From contig OX597823.1 in NCBI GenBank assembly GCA_951406725.2, positions 87,048,001 through 87,112,000 on the forward strand: 64,000 bases of DNA. Direction: 5' to 3'. This DNA comes from Octopus vulgaris. Taxonomy: Eukaryota. Position numbers and translations under genes: made by a program. Shown one piece after another: positions 41,018 to 54,021 of the stretch. Each line of letters opens with the position of its first letter. Positions within the stretch are counted from its first letter, which is position 1. The notes below the pieces were generated by a model. That model was not told where the DNA came from, made no database searches, and saw nothing but the letters and a program-made list of their open reading frames with translations.

Positions 41018-41705
41018 TATACATATATGTATATTTATGTATGTATGTATATATGTATGTATGTATGGATAGATGCATCCTAACTTAACTACGTTAACTG
41101 CTTGAGGAACAAAATCTGGATAATTTTTTATTGTTATTATTGATGTAGATAGAGAAGTCGGATTCCTGTTGGTGTTATTCTCAATTTAAATGCTTATTTT
41201 ACATTGCGTATAATTTTTTATTTTTCATTTTCATTTTCATTTTACATTTCATTTTCACCATTTCTCTTGCACTTTTTCATTTTTTTCCAAAACTGAATTT
41301 CGCCTGGATCTCATCAAAACTTAGAGATATGTTCGTTGGTTTTTGTCAGCCGCTGGCCAATTTTAAATGCATGCCTGACAGTAACATCTCTTGTTGCTCC
41401 TGGACAGGACAGTCTGTTGTGTGTGGAAAACTTGAAAATTATTCATTCGAAAAACTGTTTCGTTCTAATCTTGTTTCCGTTTCCGGAATGTATTTAGTTT
41501 TGTTTGTTTTCTTTTTCTTTCAAGGGGGTTGGTGAAATTGTAATATATTATTGTTTAGATTTAATTATTAAAATCAAAATTTCATACACCTACACCTATA
41601 TAATGCATACATACACAAGTACATACACACATACATATATACATTCAGCTCTCACTCACTCCCTCTCTCTCTCTCAGCATCTGTCTCTGTCTTTCTGTTT
41701 TTCTC

Positions 41706-41742
<37 letters not shown>

Positions 41743-41863
41743 GAGAGAGACACAGAGAGATAAACAGATAGATAGATAGATAGATAAATAAATAAATAGA
41801 TAGATAGACAGATCGATAGAAAAACAGATACATAGATATACAGAAAGATAGATAGATAGATGC

Positions 41864-41904
<41 letters not shown>

Positions 41905-41980
41905 GACAGTGAGAGAGAGAGAGAGGGAGGGGTATAGATATAAAGATAGATTGATAGAGATAGGTAGATAGACAGATAGG

Positions 41981-42040
<60 letters not shown>

Positions 42041-42519
42041 CAGACATATATTTGCATACGTATTTGTGCATGTATGTACTTATAGATATATGCATGAACA
42101 TGTATGTGTGTGTGTATGAGAGAAAGAGGGAGAAAGGGAGAGAGGGAGAGAGCAAACACGCTCACTCATACGCACAAAAACATACACAAATACACACAGA
42201 CACACACACATATATGTAATTCCAATTTGCTCTATTACCCAAAATTTCTTTTGAAACAGCTCGAGGACAGAGAATGCAGTTAATGTTGTTTTTTTTTTTG
42301 TTTTCTTTTGTTTTTGTTATTTTGTTTGTGCTTTGTTTTTCCTAGTTTAATTATATTTTGTTTTATTTGCCGTTATTAGCGTTATTAATTCTGTTCCTTG
42401 GATTGCAGCAATATGCTTTGTTTTGCATAGTTTCACTCATAAACTTGTAATAAATCTCTGTTAGATAAATAATAAAAGTTTAAAACCAAAAACAATATCT
42501 AGAAGCCAAATATGTAGGT

Positions 42520-42744
42520 AGAGGAGGAGGAAAAAGGAAAAGGAGAAGATGAAGTCGAAGGAGGAGGAGGAGGTGAATAAGAAGAAGAAGAAGAAAAACA
42601 ACAACAACAGCAGCAGCAGTAACAGCCAAAGAAAGAAGAAAAGAAGAAGAGGAGGAGGAGGAGGAGGAAGGGGAGGAAAAAGAAGGATAACAACAACAAA
42701 AACATCGTCAGCAACAGCAAGTGAAAGTAAAGAAAAAGAATGAA

Positions 42745-42813
<69 letters not shown>

Positions 42814-43090
42814 AAAAAGTAGAACAAGAACATCAACAACAACAAAAGCAAGAAAAAGAAAAAGAAGAAAAAGAAGGAACAGAAGAAGGGAAAGAAGAAC
42901 AAGAACAACAACATCAACAGAGCAACAACAGTAAGAAAAAGTAAAGAAACAGAAGGAAAAGAAGAAAAGGAGGCAGAAGAGGAAAAATGAGAGGAAAAGA
43001 AGAGGAACGAGAACAACAACAAGAAAAAGGAAAAAGAAAAAGAAGGAAAAGAAGAAGAAGAAGAAAATGAAGAAAGAGGAGGATGATACT
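42520..43090. repeat. Purine-rich low complexity with (TAG)n core
   Basis: Direct reading. Confidence 0.9.
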
Positions 43091-43111
43091 GTTCTATATT
43101 TAAGAGATGAG

Positions 43112-43256
43112 GAATTATTTACATTATTTACATTTGACGGAGAATTGTCCTCATCTTGTTTGTTTTTAACACACCGTTGCGGCTGATATACTCTCCATCA
43201 AGTGTCTTGGGGAAATTTCGAACCTGGGCTCTCATTCCTAAGGTATTTTTCGATGT
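43112..43256 (-). mobile_element. HHR-bearing tail module, copy 2 (HHR core deleted/mutated)
   Basis: Aligns to 37185-37332; followed by (ATT)n(ATC)n, no tRNA head seen. Confidence 0.8.
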
Positions 43257-43262
43257 TATTAC

Positions 43263-43328
<66 letters not shown>

Positions 43329-43481
43329 CATCATCATCATCATCATCATGCTTTTCATCATGATGAGGAGGAGGAGGAGAGGAGGAGGAGGAAGAGGGGA
43401 ACAAGATGGCAACCACGAGCCGGAGGAGGACGAGGTGGAGGAAGAGAAGAATGGAGAAAAAGGGATGGAGGTGGAGGAGGT

Positions 43482-43542
<61 letters not shown>

Positions 43543-43784
43543 GGTGGTGGTGGTGGTGGTGGTGGTGGTGGTGGTGGTGGTGGTGGTGGTGGTGTTGATG
43601 GTGGTGGTGATTATCTTTCCTTTTGCTGTTGCCATCAGTGTCACCTTCTCTGTAGTCGTTCATACATAAGAGACACAAATTATACGAACGGACAAAACAA
43701 TATTTAATACAGAAAAAACGTTAAGAAACAAATAAATGGTCGTTAAAAATTTATGATTGGAAAACAAAATATAGAGAATTTTTT

Positions 43785-44050
43785 TCCTCGAGCCATGCCA
43801 GGCTCATAAGAGCCGGTTTCTTGGTTTCAGTGGCGTCTATATTCCCCACCTGGACGAGACGCCGGTCCGAGGCAGGATTACACAGTTTTGCCAAAAATGA
43901 GTAGTAACTGTATTTCAAAGGGTCAACCTTGTCACACTCAACGTCACATTGAATCTCCCTGACAAGTATATGAAGGGTTCTCGTCTCTGAGGAGTACTCA
44001 GCCACTTGAGGTTAATTTCACAAGCAAGCTGATTCGTTGATTGGATTGGT
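43785..44050. mobile_element. Two SINE family D 3' modules joined in opposite orientations
   Basis: 43785-43885 resembles reverse of the 12390-12470 tail; 43890-44050 matches 12025-12180. Confidence 0.55.
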
Positions 44051-44322
44051 TGCAAGTTTCAGGACAGGCACGAGCAACATTTTCTGAGTAGATGACTAAG
44101 TGATATTTAGTACATCATAAGGGAGACCACACTACTGAAACATTCAAAGTAAAAGAACGTAGCTCGGATAACGGACCGAGTCAACGGCTATTGAAAAGGC
44201 TGCAAGACGCAACGGAGATTTTAGGAAAAATAAAGAAGTAAATGAGTGGAAAATTTACAAGTGAGTGTGTCAAATAATAAGGTACTAAAAGACAATGACC
44301 TTCCCCAGACACAACAACGCAC

Positions 44323-44402
<80 letters not shown>

Positions 44403-44436
44403 TGTATATATATACATATGTGTGTATGTATGTATG

Positions 44437-44583
44437 ATCTTTCCTTCTCTTATGTTTCCGACGAAGAGCTCCGCTCGAAACGTTAAACGCTCCTTCTTCC
44501 CTTCTTTCCTGAGCGTCCAATAATATTATATTTGTTCCACGTCCTCGCGTTGTTGTGTTTTTTGTGTTTTCTTGTTTGGATTA

Positions 44584-44586
<3 letters not shown>
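44437..44586 (+). mobile_element. Short (TA)n-embedded HHR element, copy 2
   Basis: Ends ...cttgtttggattaact then (TA)n, as in copies at 10065 and 54017. Confidence 0.85.
44454..44488 (+). ncRNA. Minimal type I hammerhead ribozyme (U4C variant)
   Basis: GUUU CCGACGA A GAGC ucc GCUC GAAA CG UU AAAC. Confidence 0.75.
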
Positions 44587-44627
<41 letters not shown>

Positions 44628-44756
44628 AATATTTACATATATATACACACATATGTATAATAATATATATATGTATGTGTGTATGGATAGATAGATAGAT
44701 ATGTATATAGATATATATAGATACATATATAGATATGTGTCTATGTTTGTATATAT

Positions 44757-44804
<48 letters not shown>

Positions 44805-45203
44805 ATATATAATTTCAGTGAGAAGCTGAGAGTAAATTGACCGCGAGATGAACAAGGTACTTGAGGTACTAGAGAAATATGGAGAACCATAGAATGCGGC
44901 GACATAATCAAGCAATATAAGTATTGGCTTATGTGAGGCCAACATATGAATGCGACGCCGAATGTGCAAGTCAGATGCTAAGCATATACATGCACATTAT
45001 CAGAAAAACAAACATTCATACACACTCACAACACACATTAAATAAACATATACACAGGGACTCACAGAACATGTGCACACAAAAGAACGCAACGCACAGA
45101 GTCTGAGGGACAATTACACGGACACACGTATAAACGTCAATATTTATACAAGGAAAGGAAAATAAAGAGAAGAAGCAAAAACAATATATATACATATACA
45201 TAC

Positions 45204-45306
<103 letters not shown>

Positions 45307-45313
45307 TATACAT

Positions 45314-45357
<44 letters not shown>

Positions 45358-45754
45358 CCATACATATATATATATATATGTGTGTATTTATGTATGTATG
45401 TATATAATAGAAAGGAAAGCGGCGTATTTGTTACTAGACAAGAATACGAAAGAATAACTGTGAGAAACTCAAACGAACAGTCTCTATGAAGGAACAACAA
45501 TATTAATAGGAGTAGAACGAACAATCTTTGTTATATGAAAAGACTTTCCTTTGTCTTTTGATGTCTCTGTATCACCTTAGGATAGCGAGAAATGTCCTGT
45601 CTTGTTTTTTACCACATGCTGGCAAATGTTAGCACATTTTCAAACGCATACTGTGCCATTTGCAACAGAAATTTAATTGATTCTGACCTACGCCTGTGTT
45701 TTTGGCGTATGTACGAGTATGAGACTCATTTCCTTCTTCGTTTTTGACACTTAC

Positions 45755-45814
45755 GTGTGAATGAAGTTGCAGTTCAAAGAAATTGCATCCGGTTTTAGCA
45801 CACGAACCATTTAT
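45755..45814 (-). CDS. Possible 60-nt symmetric exon (INGSCAKTGCNFFELQLHSH)
   Basis: cttttaaacag acceptor, gtaagt donor at 45754-45749, one open frame; no homology recognised. Confidence 0.2.
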
Positions 45815-46079
45815 CTGTTTAAAAGACCTGTATTATTTGCCCAACCAATATCTTCTTCACCTGCGTACGTTGAGAGAAACGAAGCAGAATTTCCAATTTC
45901 TCACATCCTTTCTTTTCTTTCATTCTGTTATCTTTCTATCACTTTTTCTCTCTCTCTTCTCTCTCTCACTTTCTCTCAATCTCTGCACCGATGTATCTCT
46001 CGCTCACCCTCTCTCTCTCTCTCTTTATATATGTATATATATATGTATATATATATATACTCACACACATTTATTTCAA

Positions 46080-46123
<44 letters not shown>

Positions 46124-46276
46124 ATAGAGAGAGAGAGAGAGAGAGAGGGTGAGCGAGAGATACATCGGTGCAGAGATTCAGAGATATAGTTATATACATG
46201 TATATAATAAATACATGTTCGTATATATTTATACTATACCGATCTATCAATCTCTGTATCTCTCTCTCTATCTATC

Positions 46277-46315
<39 letters not shown>

Positions 46316-46358
46316 TTCCGTATTGTGTATATATGCATATATATACATTATAGTAACG

Positions 46359-46397
<39 letters not shown>

Positions 46398-46464
46398 TAT
46401 ATATCGTTATATGCATTATGCATATATATATGTATATATATATATATGTATATATATGTATATA

Positions 46465-46502
<38 letters not shown>

Positions 46503-46507
46503 GATAT

Positions 46508-46549
<42 letters not shown>

Positions 46550-46944
46550 CGATCGATAATTTATATTTACATATCTAATATATATATACATGTGTGCGTG
46601 TCTGTGTGTGCGTGAGTGTGTGCAAGTGTTCATTGTTTTATGTTATCTTTTTTTTCCTTTCTTCTCCATATTCATTTTGTTTATTCTTTCTTTATTTATC
46701 TATTTTCCTTCTTTTCAACGTTTTCTTTACTCCTCTTGTTTCATTTTGTTTCGTGTTGTGTCTTCAACTGTTCGATCCATCCTAACCGGCCGCCATTCGC
46801 ATATCTCATAATCTTATATTGGACAAAACAATAAAATGATCGAGTAAGCAAATATATTTCTCAAACAGAGGAAGCAATATAAGTACGGTTTTCGGTGCAC
46901 ACACACTCGCACACACACGCACATATATGTATGTACACACACAC

Positions 46945-47013
<69 letters not shown>

Positions 47014-47103
47014 TTTTTATGTACACACATATATATACACATATGTATATGTATATATATATATATATATATATGTGTGTATATATATATATATGTGTGT
47101 GTA

Positions 47104-47148
<45 letters not shown>

Positions 47149-47305
47149 CATAGAAACATATATCCATATGATATATAGAGGTACGTATATACATACGTAT
47201 ACAAATATACATAGATACAAACATACATATATACAACCATACATACATACATACAAACGTACATGCATACAGCTCTCTATACAACCGTATATATATAAAT
47301 GGATG

Positions 47306-47650
47306 TGGACGCGCAATGGCCCAGGAGTTAAGGCATTGGACAAGCGGTCGTAGGATCGTGGTTTCGATTCCCAAACTGAGCGTTGTGAGTGTTTATAGAG
47401 CTAAAATATCTAAAAGCTCAACGAGGCTCCGGCAGGGGGTGCTGGTGAACCCTGCTGCACTCTTTCACCACAACTTTCTCTACACTCTTTCTTCCTGTTT
47501 CTGTTGTATCAATATTTCAAAGGTTCAGCCTTGTCACACTCTTCGCTGAATCTACGTTAAGGGTACACGTGTCTGTGGACTGCTCAGCCACTTGCACCTT
47601 AATTTCACGAGTAGGCTGTTCCGTTGATTTGATCAACTGCAACCCGTCTG
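47306..47650 (+). mobile_element. SINE family E head/body fused to the family D 3' module
   Basis: A-box-like tggcccaggag, B-box ggtttcgattcc; body as 22370-22470 reversed; tail as 12040-12200. Confidence 0.8.
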
Positions 47651-47854
47651 TGTGCGTGTCCATATACACTTATATACATACAGTATGACAGAAATTCACA
47701 CATATTTTGGCTGATACTTCTACGTGCGCAGCATGCACCTAAACTTATTTTTCCATTACTTTTTTCCCAATACATGTGTGTGTGTTTGTGTATGTGTGCG
47801 CGTGCGTGTATGCATGTGCATCTATCTATCTATGTATGCATGTATGTGTATATA

Positions 47855-47902
<48 letters not shown>

Positions 47903-48064
47903 TGTGTATACATGTATATTGGTATGCATATATGTGTGTATGCATGTATACATATATATGTATGTATGTATGTATGTATTCATACATGTATGTATGCAAG
48001 CGTGTACGTATGTATGTATGCATGTAAGCATATATGTAAATGTATATATATGTATGTGTGTATA

Positions 48065-48441
48065 TTCTTTTATTTGTTTCACTCACTTGACTGCGGCCAT
48101 AAAGGAGCACCGCCTTTAGTTGACCAAATCTACCCCAGGACTTATTCGTTTTGAGCCTAGTACTTATTCTATCGGTTTCTTTTGCCGAACTGCTAAGTTA
48201 CGGGAACGTAGACACTCCACCATCGGTTGTCAAGCGATGGTGGGCGAACAAACACTGACACAAATACACAAAAACACGTACACACACACGCACATATATA
48301 CGACGAGCTTCTATTAGTTTCCGTCTACCGAATCCAATCACAAGGCTTTGGTCGGCCCGAGGCTATAGTAGAAGACACTTGCCCAATGTGCCACTCAGTG
48401 GGACTGAACCCGGGACCTTGTGATTGGTAAGCAAGCTACTT
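48065..48441 (-). mobile_element. SINE family B whose head is interrupted by the LINE; remainder of head at 51165-51183
   Basis: ...ggtaagcaagctact| LINE |acagccattcttgtacctg reconstitutes the reverse family B head. Confidence 0.88.
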
Positions 48442-51147
48442 TATTTCATATAATTTGCCATTTAGGCATTTACAAAGTGGGGACAAACAAGAACAGACAA
48501 ATATAAAGGGTGAAGTAGCTTAACACAGTTACAATTTTCGAATGAAATTACGGATAAGATTATAAACAATGAATTTTACGAAGGCAATGTTTAAAAATAT
48601 TAATGATCATGTCGAAGGACGGACACCCAGCCATCCGAGTAGAACCTTTACTTTCTGATTCGGTCACACTTACCTGGTGCCAAACGTACCCATCTTGTAT
48701 GCCACAGGCTTCCATCTTTTCACAAACATATCTCGTGACAGACACCTCTTCTCCAGCCTGATTTTGCTACTGAGGTGGTAACTAAAAAAGTTAATCAACC
48801 CCTGGCCGGAGACAAAGGTGCCTGTCACTATACCTTTCGTACGCTTCTTCCATACTGTTTCTTTCAGTAAGGCTACTACACAGAAAAAACAAGCCTTTCT
48901 TTCCCTGTTAAGGAAAGGGGGCGGCACAATCTCGATGATAGACTCAGCTGATAGCTGTACTCTTCCCATCACTGACAACAGTTGTTCAACAAAAGCTATC
49001 AGTCCCGATAACTCCGGATACTCCACGAATGCGTGCAAGACGGTCTCCCTATCCTGCTCACATCGCGGGCATGTTGGCGAGACGGCACTACCGTGCCTTG
49101 ACAGCTTGTCGCGAACAGGTAAAGCCGCACGGAAACACTGCCAGGCCAGGGATTTCTGGTAATTATCCAGATACCCCGGCCCGAACGTCCTCCGGAACAG
49201 GTTGACCAACTGATTTTCATCGTAGCCCAGGGTCTCCCCCAAGGCGTCTTCGGACTTAATCTCCACTAACCCGCTATAGAAATCCGTGGTGGAACTCCTG
49301 TTGCCGGCGTTGCCCACCCGAGATAGTAGCTGGAGCGCCTGACGGCACTCCAAATGCCATTCACTCAGTTTAGGTCTCCGCTTGATCCATGCACCGATGT
49401 CCGTTAGGGATGTTAACTGGGGAAGGTAGAACCGGACGTGCGGTGACCACACCTGCTCTCCATCCAGGTAAAGCCAGAGGTGCCTCAACCTTAACGCATC
49501 CTCAGCCAAGGCATCCCTAGCCCACCCTTTAGCGGTTTCTGGCAGCAGACAGAGCGCTTTACAAGTGGCTTTCCTCCTTTCCACAAAAATCGGAAAAGGA
49601 TTCTCTCCAACTTGTTCAGCCACAAATCGGGGCAAGGCACCACGGGCAGACGGTAGGTGGTTACTGATGCTATAAACATCTGCACCACCTCCGCCTTCCC
49701 TAGCAGGGATAACGCCCGCCCAGACCAGGTCTGGGTTAGAGCGGTCACCTTGTTGGCCACCTCACTCCAATTTGTCTCAATCTGGAGGTCTGGCCCGAAC
49801 CAGACTCCGAGCAGCTTAACAGGACCTTCCGTCCAACGCCCTACGACGTTATTGGAGGGAATCGGCTTGCCCCTCCAGGTGCCGAGTTGCAAACCGACCG
49901 ACTTGTCCTTGTTAACCTTTGCTCCTGCCACCGCCTCGTAGCTTTTGATGGCCTCTTCCACCACTGGAAGCTGGCCTTCGTCTGCCACGATGATGGAGGT
50001 GTCATCCGCATACGCCGTAGCTCCTCTTCCACACCATAGGTCATGCGGCGCGCCCCCTAGTGCCTCCAACTTCCGCAGCAAAGGCTCAAGAGCCAATACG
50101 TATAGGAGCGAGGACAGGGGACACCCTTGACGAACTGAACACTCGATCCTGAACGGCTTCGAAAAGGAACCGTTCACCTTGACTACAGACTCGATGTCGC
50201 TATACAAAGCAGCGATCCAACCTCGAAAGGTCGGGCCTAGGCCAGCCTCTCCGAGGACCGCCGCCAGGTACCGATGGTCGACCCTATCAAATGCTTTGGA
50301 CTGGTCTAAATGTACCAGTGCTCCCCCTGCGCCAGAAAGCTTCCCCACCCTCTCTAAGGAGTAGCGTATAAGGTGGAGATTGTCGTGGATCGTTCTGCCG
50401 GGGATAGCGCACGTTTGCGCTTCCCCGACAAGTTTGTCCACGACCCGCGCCAACCTTTTTGCTAGCACCTTGGCCAGAATCTTTAACTCTGTTTAACAGA
50501 GTTATGGGCCTGAAGTTCCCTATCTCGTCCCCCTTGTTCGGGTCCTTCCTGATCAACGTCACCGCCCCCCGGCTCGCAGACTTGGGAATTCTCCCATTCT
50601 GCTGCCAGTTGGCGTAGACGCTAGCCAGCAGGTGCCCGAACAAGTCTGGCATACTTCTATAAAATTCATAGGGCAGACCATCGAGACCCGGCGACTTCTC
50701 CCCGGGGCACTTGCCCAACACCTCGATTACTTCCTCGGCTGTGATTGACCCTTCACAGCACTCAGCCTCTCGTGTCGAGAGGCGCGGGCCACCAGACAGG
50801 AAGTCCCTAAGGGCCTCACCATGATCCAGCGTCCCGCACCTCCCGAACAACTCGGCGAAGTGCTTGTGAAGTGCCTCACACATCTCGTCCCGCTTCTTGA
50901 TCGTGCATCCGTTTTCATCAACAAGAGACCCAATTGTGGCATCGTTTCCACGCTGTGTTTCTATCGTACGGGCCCATCCGGCAACATTAATTCCCTCACG
51001 GCCCAATGCTCGTACTTTAGCCCGGACTCTACATCCCTCATGTTTGGTTTTGAGGTGACGGTCTAATGCCGTTCTCGCCGCTAAAATGTGAGATGCAGAG
51101 CCCAACCTCAACGCCTCCTCTAAGTTCTTAACTAGTTGCCCTTCTAT
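48442..51147 (-). mobile_element. 5'-truncated L1/Tx1-type LINE, ORF2 remnant with two frameshifts
   Basis: KSPGLDGLPYEFY, NFRPITLLN, HLDQSKAFDRV, SVRQGCPLS, AYADD, GVWFG, KGGLGMP, C-terminal CPRC...ETVLHAF knuckle across ORFs 50287-51111, 49491-50468, 48670-49635; no endonuclease domain or ORF1. Confidence 0.95.
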
Positions 51148-51180
51148 TTAAGAACTTAGAGGAGACAGCCATTCTTGTAC

Positions 51181-51246
<66 letters not shown>

Positions 51247-51436
51247 ATGTATGTATGTATTTATATATGCATGTCTATATGTATGTATATACTTACATGT
51301 GAATGTATAGACACCTTTAATTTTCAAAATTTCATATCTATGCCTCTTAGTATGTTTTCAGCCGTGTAGAATTTACAATGTAATTATTCTTTTTAATTCT
51401 AGGTGCCATTATATTAAATATTTGCGAAGAATAACC

Positions 51437-51812
51437 ATGCCACGCACAAACAATTCAGCAGAACTGTCAGATTTTCAAAGAAGTTGCATTCTTAGCCAAT
51501 CTGAGGCTGGTCTTAGCCTGCGAAAAATTGCCGAAAGTCTTCAAATTCCTCTTGCTACTGTTAAGAGAATTATAGTGCAATTCAAAAGCGTAGGAAAAGA
51601 ATCAACAGATTCTCGTCCCGGCTGACCTGGGCCTACGGAAAGGAAGCTTCGATGTTAGAAGAGAATTGTGGAAACGAACCCCGTTTGAAGGATTTTGACA
51701 TTGCAAAACAGCAAGAAGTTAATCCAAGAACGTGTGTTACATGTCTGCATAAGCTTGGGTATTATGGACGAGCAGCTAGAAGAAAAATTCTTCAACAAAT
51801 TAATATCAAATA
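51437..51812 (+). mobile_element. Tc1 transposase N-terminal fragment (pseudogene)
   Basis: ELSDFQRSCI.....AGLSLRKIAESLQIP..TVKRII..F...G......RPG*P; later LHKLGYYGRAARRK. Confidence 0.85.
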
Positions 51813-51864
51813 AAGGATTTTAAAAAGTAAAGGTGTCTATTTACTTCCTGCATGTGTGTGTGTA

Positions 51865-52130
51865 TTCTTTATTTCTTTTACATGTGTTAGTCATTTGACA
51901 GCAGCCATGCTGGAGCACCAACTTTAGTCGAAAAAATCGCCCCCAGGACTTATTCTCTGTAAGCCTAGTACATATTCTATCGATTGTCAAAAGATAGAGA
52001 TGGCGGGGGACAAACAGAGACACACAAATACATACTCACATAAAACATGCACACACACACACATATATATATATACATACATACATACATACACACAGAT
52101 ACACACACACACGCACGCACACACACACAC

Positions 52131-52194
<64 letters not shown>

Positions 52195-52358
52195 GATGGG
52201 ATTCTTTTAATTTCCGTCTATCGAATCCACTCACAAGACATTGGTCGACCCGGGCCTATAGTAGAAGACACTTGCGCAAGGTACCTCGCAGTGGGATTTA
52301 ATCCGGAACCATGTAGTTGGGAAGCAAGCTGCTTACGACACTGCCACTCTTGTGCCTA
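51865..52358 (-). mobile_element. SINE family B with expanded internal microsatellite
   Basis: Tail 51865-51990, centre/head 52192-52358. Confidence 0.85.
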
Positions 52359-52495
52359 TGTACATGTGTATGTATGTGTGAATGCCGGCAACCCGAAGGC
52401 GAACGACAAAGTTTAAAACAAAAACTAGAGTCAAAAGGGTGGTGTCCGTGAATATATGTGTGCACCTGTGTCTGTGTATGTGTATATATATATAT

Positions 52496-52550
<55 letters not shown>

Positions 52551-52586
52551 CATACATACATACATACATACATACATACATAGATT

Positions 52587-52681
<95 letters not shown>

Positions 52682-52801
52682 GTCTCTCATATTTATGATT
52701 CACTCGGCTAGACTTTTCTTTCTTCCTCTATGAAGCTAGCGCCGCAACGCGATAACAAATATGTAATATGCATATTTTCTCTTCCCAATTATCTCCTTCT
52801 A

Positions 52802-52857
<56 letters not shown>

Positions 52858-52971
52858 CCTATCTCTCCCTCTCGCCCTTTCTCAAGTTGCCATAAAAACA
52901 TGCCCCAACACAAACGCACATATATCATATATACATACATACACCCCACCACATACGCATATATATATATA

Positions 52972-53325
52972 CTCTTACTCTTTTACTTGTTTCAGTCATT
53001 TGACTGCGGCCATGCTGGAGCACCACCTTTAATCGAGCAACTCGACCCGGGACTTATTCTTTGTAAGCCAAGTACTTATTCTATCGGTCTCTTTTGCCGA
53101 ACCGCTAAGTGACGGGGATATGAACACACCAGCATCGGTTGTCAAGCAATACTAGGGGCACAAACACAGACACACAAACACACACACACATATATATACA
53201 TATACATATATACGACGGGCTTCTTTCAGTTTCCGTCTATCAAATCCACTCACAAGGCTTTGGTCGGCTCGAGGCTATAGTAGAAGACACTTGCCCAAGG
53301 TGCCACGCAGTGAGACTGAGCCCGA
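52972..53325 (-). mobile_element. SINE family B (young, head truncated)
   Basis: Close match to the other copies. Confidence 0.9.
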
Positions 53326-53359
53326 TGTATCATGCCTTTATGACAAATTTTTTGAATAA

Positions 53360-53722
53360 AGTAGCTTGCTTTCCAATCATATGGTTCTGGGTTCAGTCCC
53401 ACTGCGTGACACATTAGTCAAGTGTCTTCTACTATAGCCTCGGGCCGACCAAAGGCTTGTGAGTGGATTTGGTAGACGGAAACAGAAAGAAGACGTCTAA
53501 TATATGTATATATGTGTGTGTTTGTGTATGTTTGTGTGATTGAGTTTATCCCCCCCCCCCAGCATCGCTTGACAACCGATGTTGGTGTGTTTACGTCCCC
53601 GTACCTTAAAGGTTCGGCAAAAGAGACTAACAGAATAAGTTCTGGGGTCGATTTTTTCGTCTAAAGGCAGTGCTCCAGCATGGCCACAGTCAAATGACTG
53701 AAACAAGTAAAAGAGTAAAAGA

Positions 53723-53723
<1 letters not shown>
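53360..53723 (+). mobile_element. SINE family B, head-to-head with previous copy
   Basis: agtagcttgct...agtaaaagagtaaaagag. Confidence 0.9.
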
Positions 53724-53783
<60 letters not shown>

Positions 53784-53822
53784 CGAAAGATGGTTTGAAA
53801 ATGCAATTTTAAAGATGTTTAT

Positions 53823-53867
53823 TTACTTTACCGGTTTCACTCTTTGGAAAAAGATTGTCAAAAGTAA
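53823..53867 (-). ncRNA. Minimal type I hammerhead ribozyme, U3-A8 variant, in a ~200-bp (TA)n-flanked island
   Basis: UUACUU UUGACAA UCUUU uucc AAAGA gu GAAA CCGG UA AAGUAA: perfect 6-bp stem I, palindromic stem III. Confidence 0.7.
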
Positions 53868-53973
53868 CATGTAGAAGTTTGGTTGCGTTAATTATTGGTT
53901 GTTACAAATTGCTACATTACATATATACAATCTATGGTAACAGGGACATGTTAAGGACATAAAAAAGTTCGAA

Positions 53974-54016
<43 letters not shown>

Positions 54017-54021
<5 letters not shown>

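Noticed and set aside
48670-51111. Active or domesticated reverse transcriptase gene
   Set aside because: 5'-truncated, two frameshifts, no endonuclease domain or promoter
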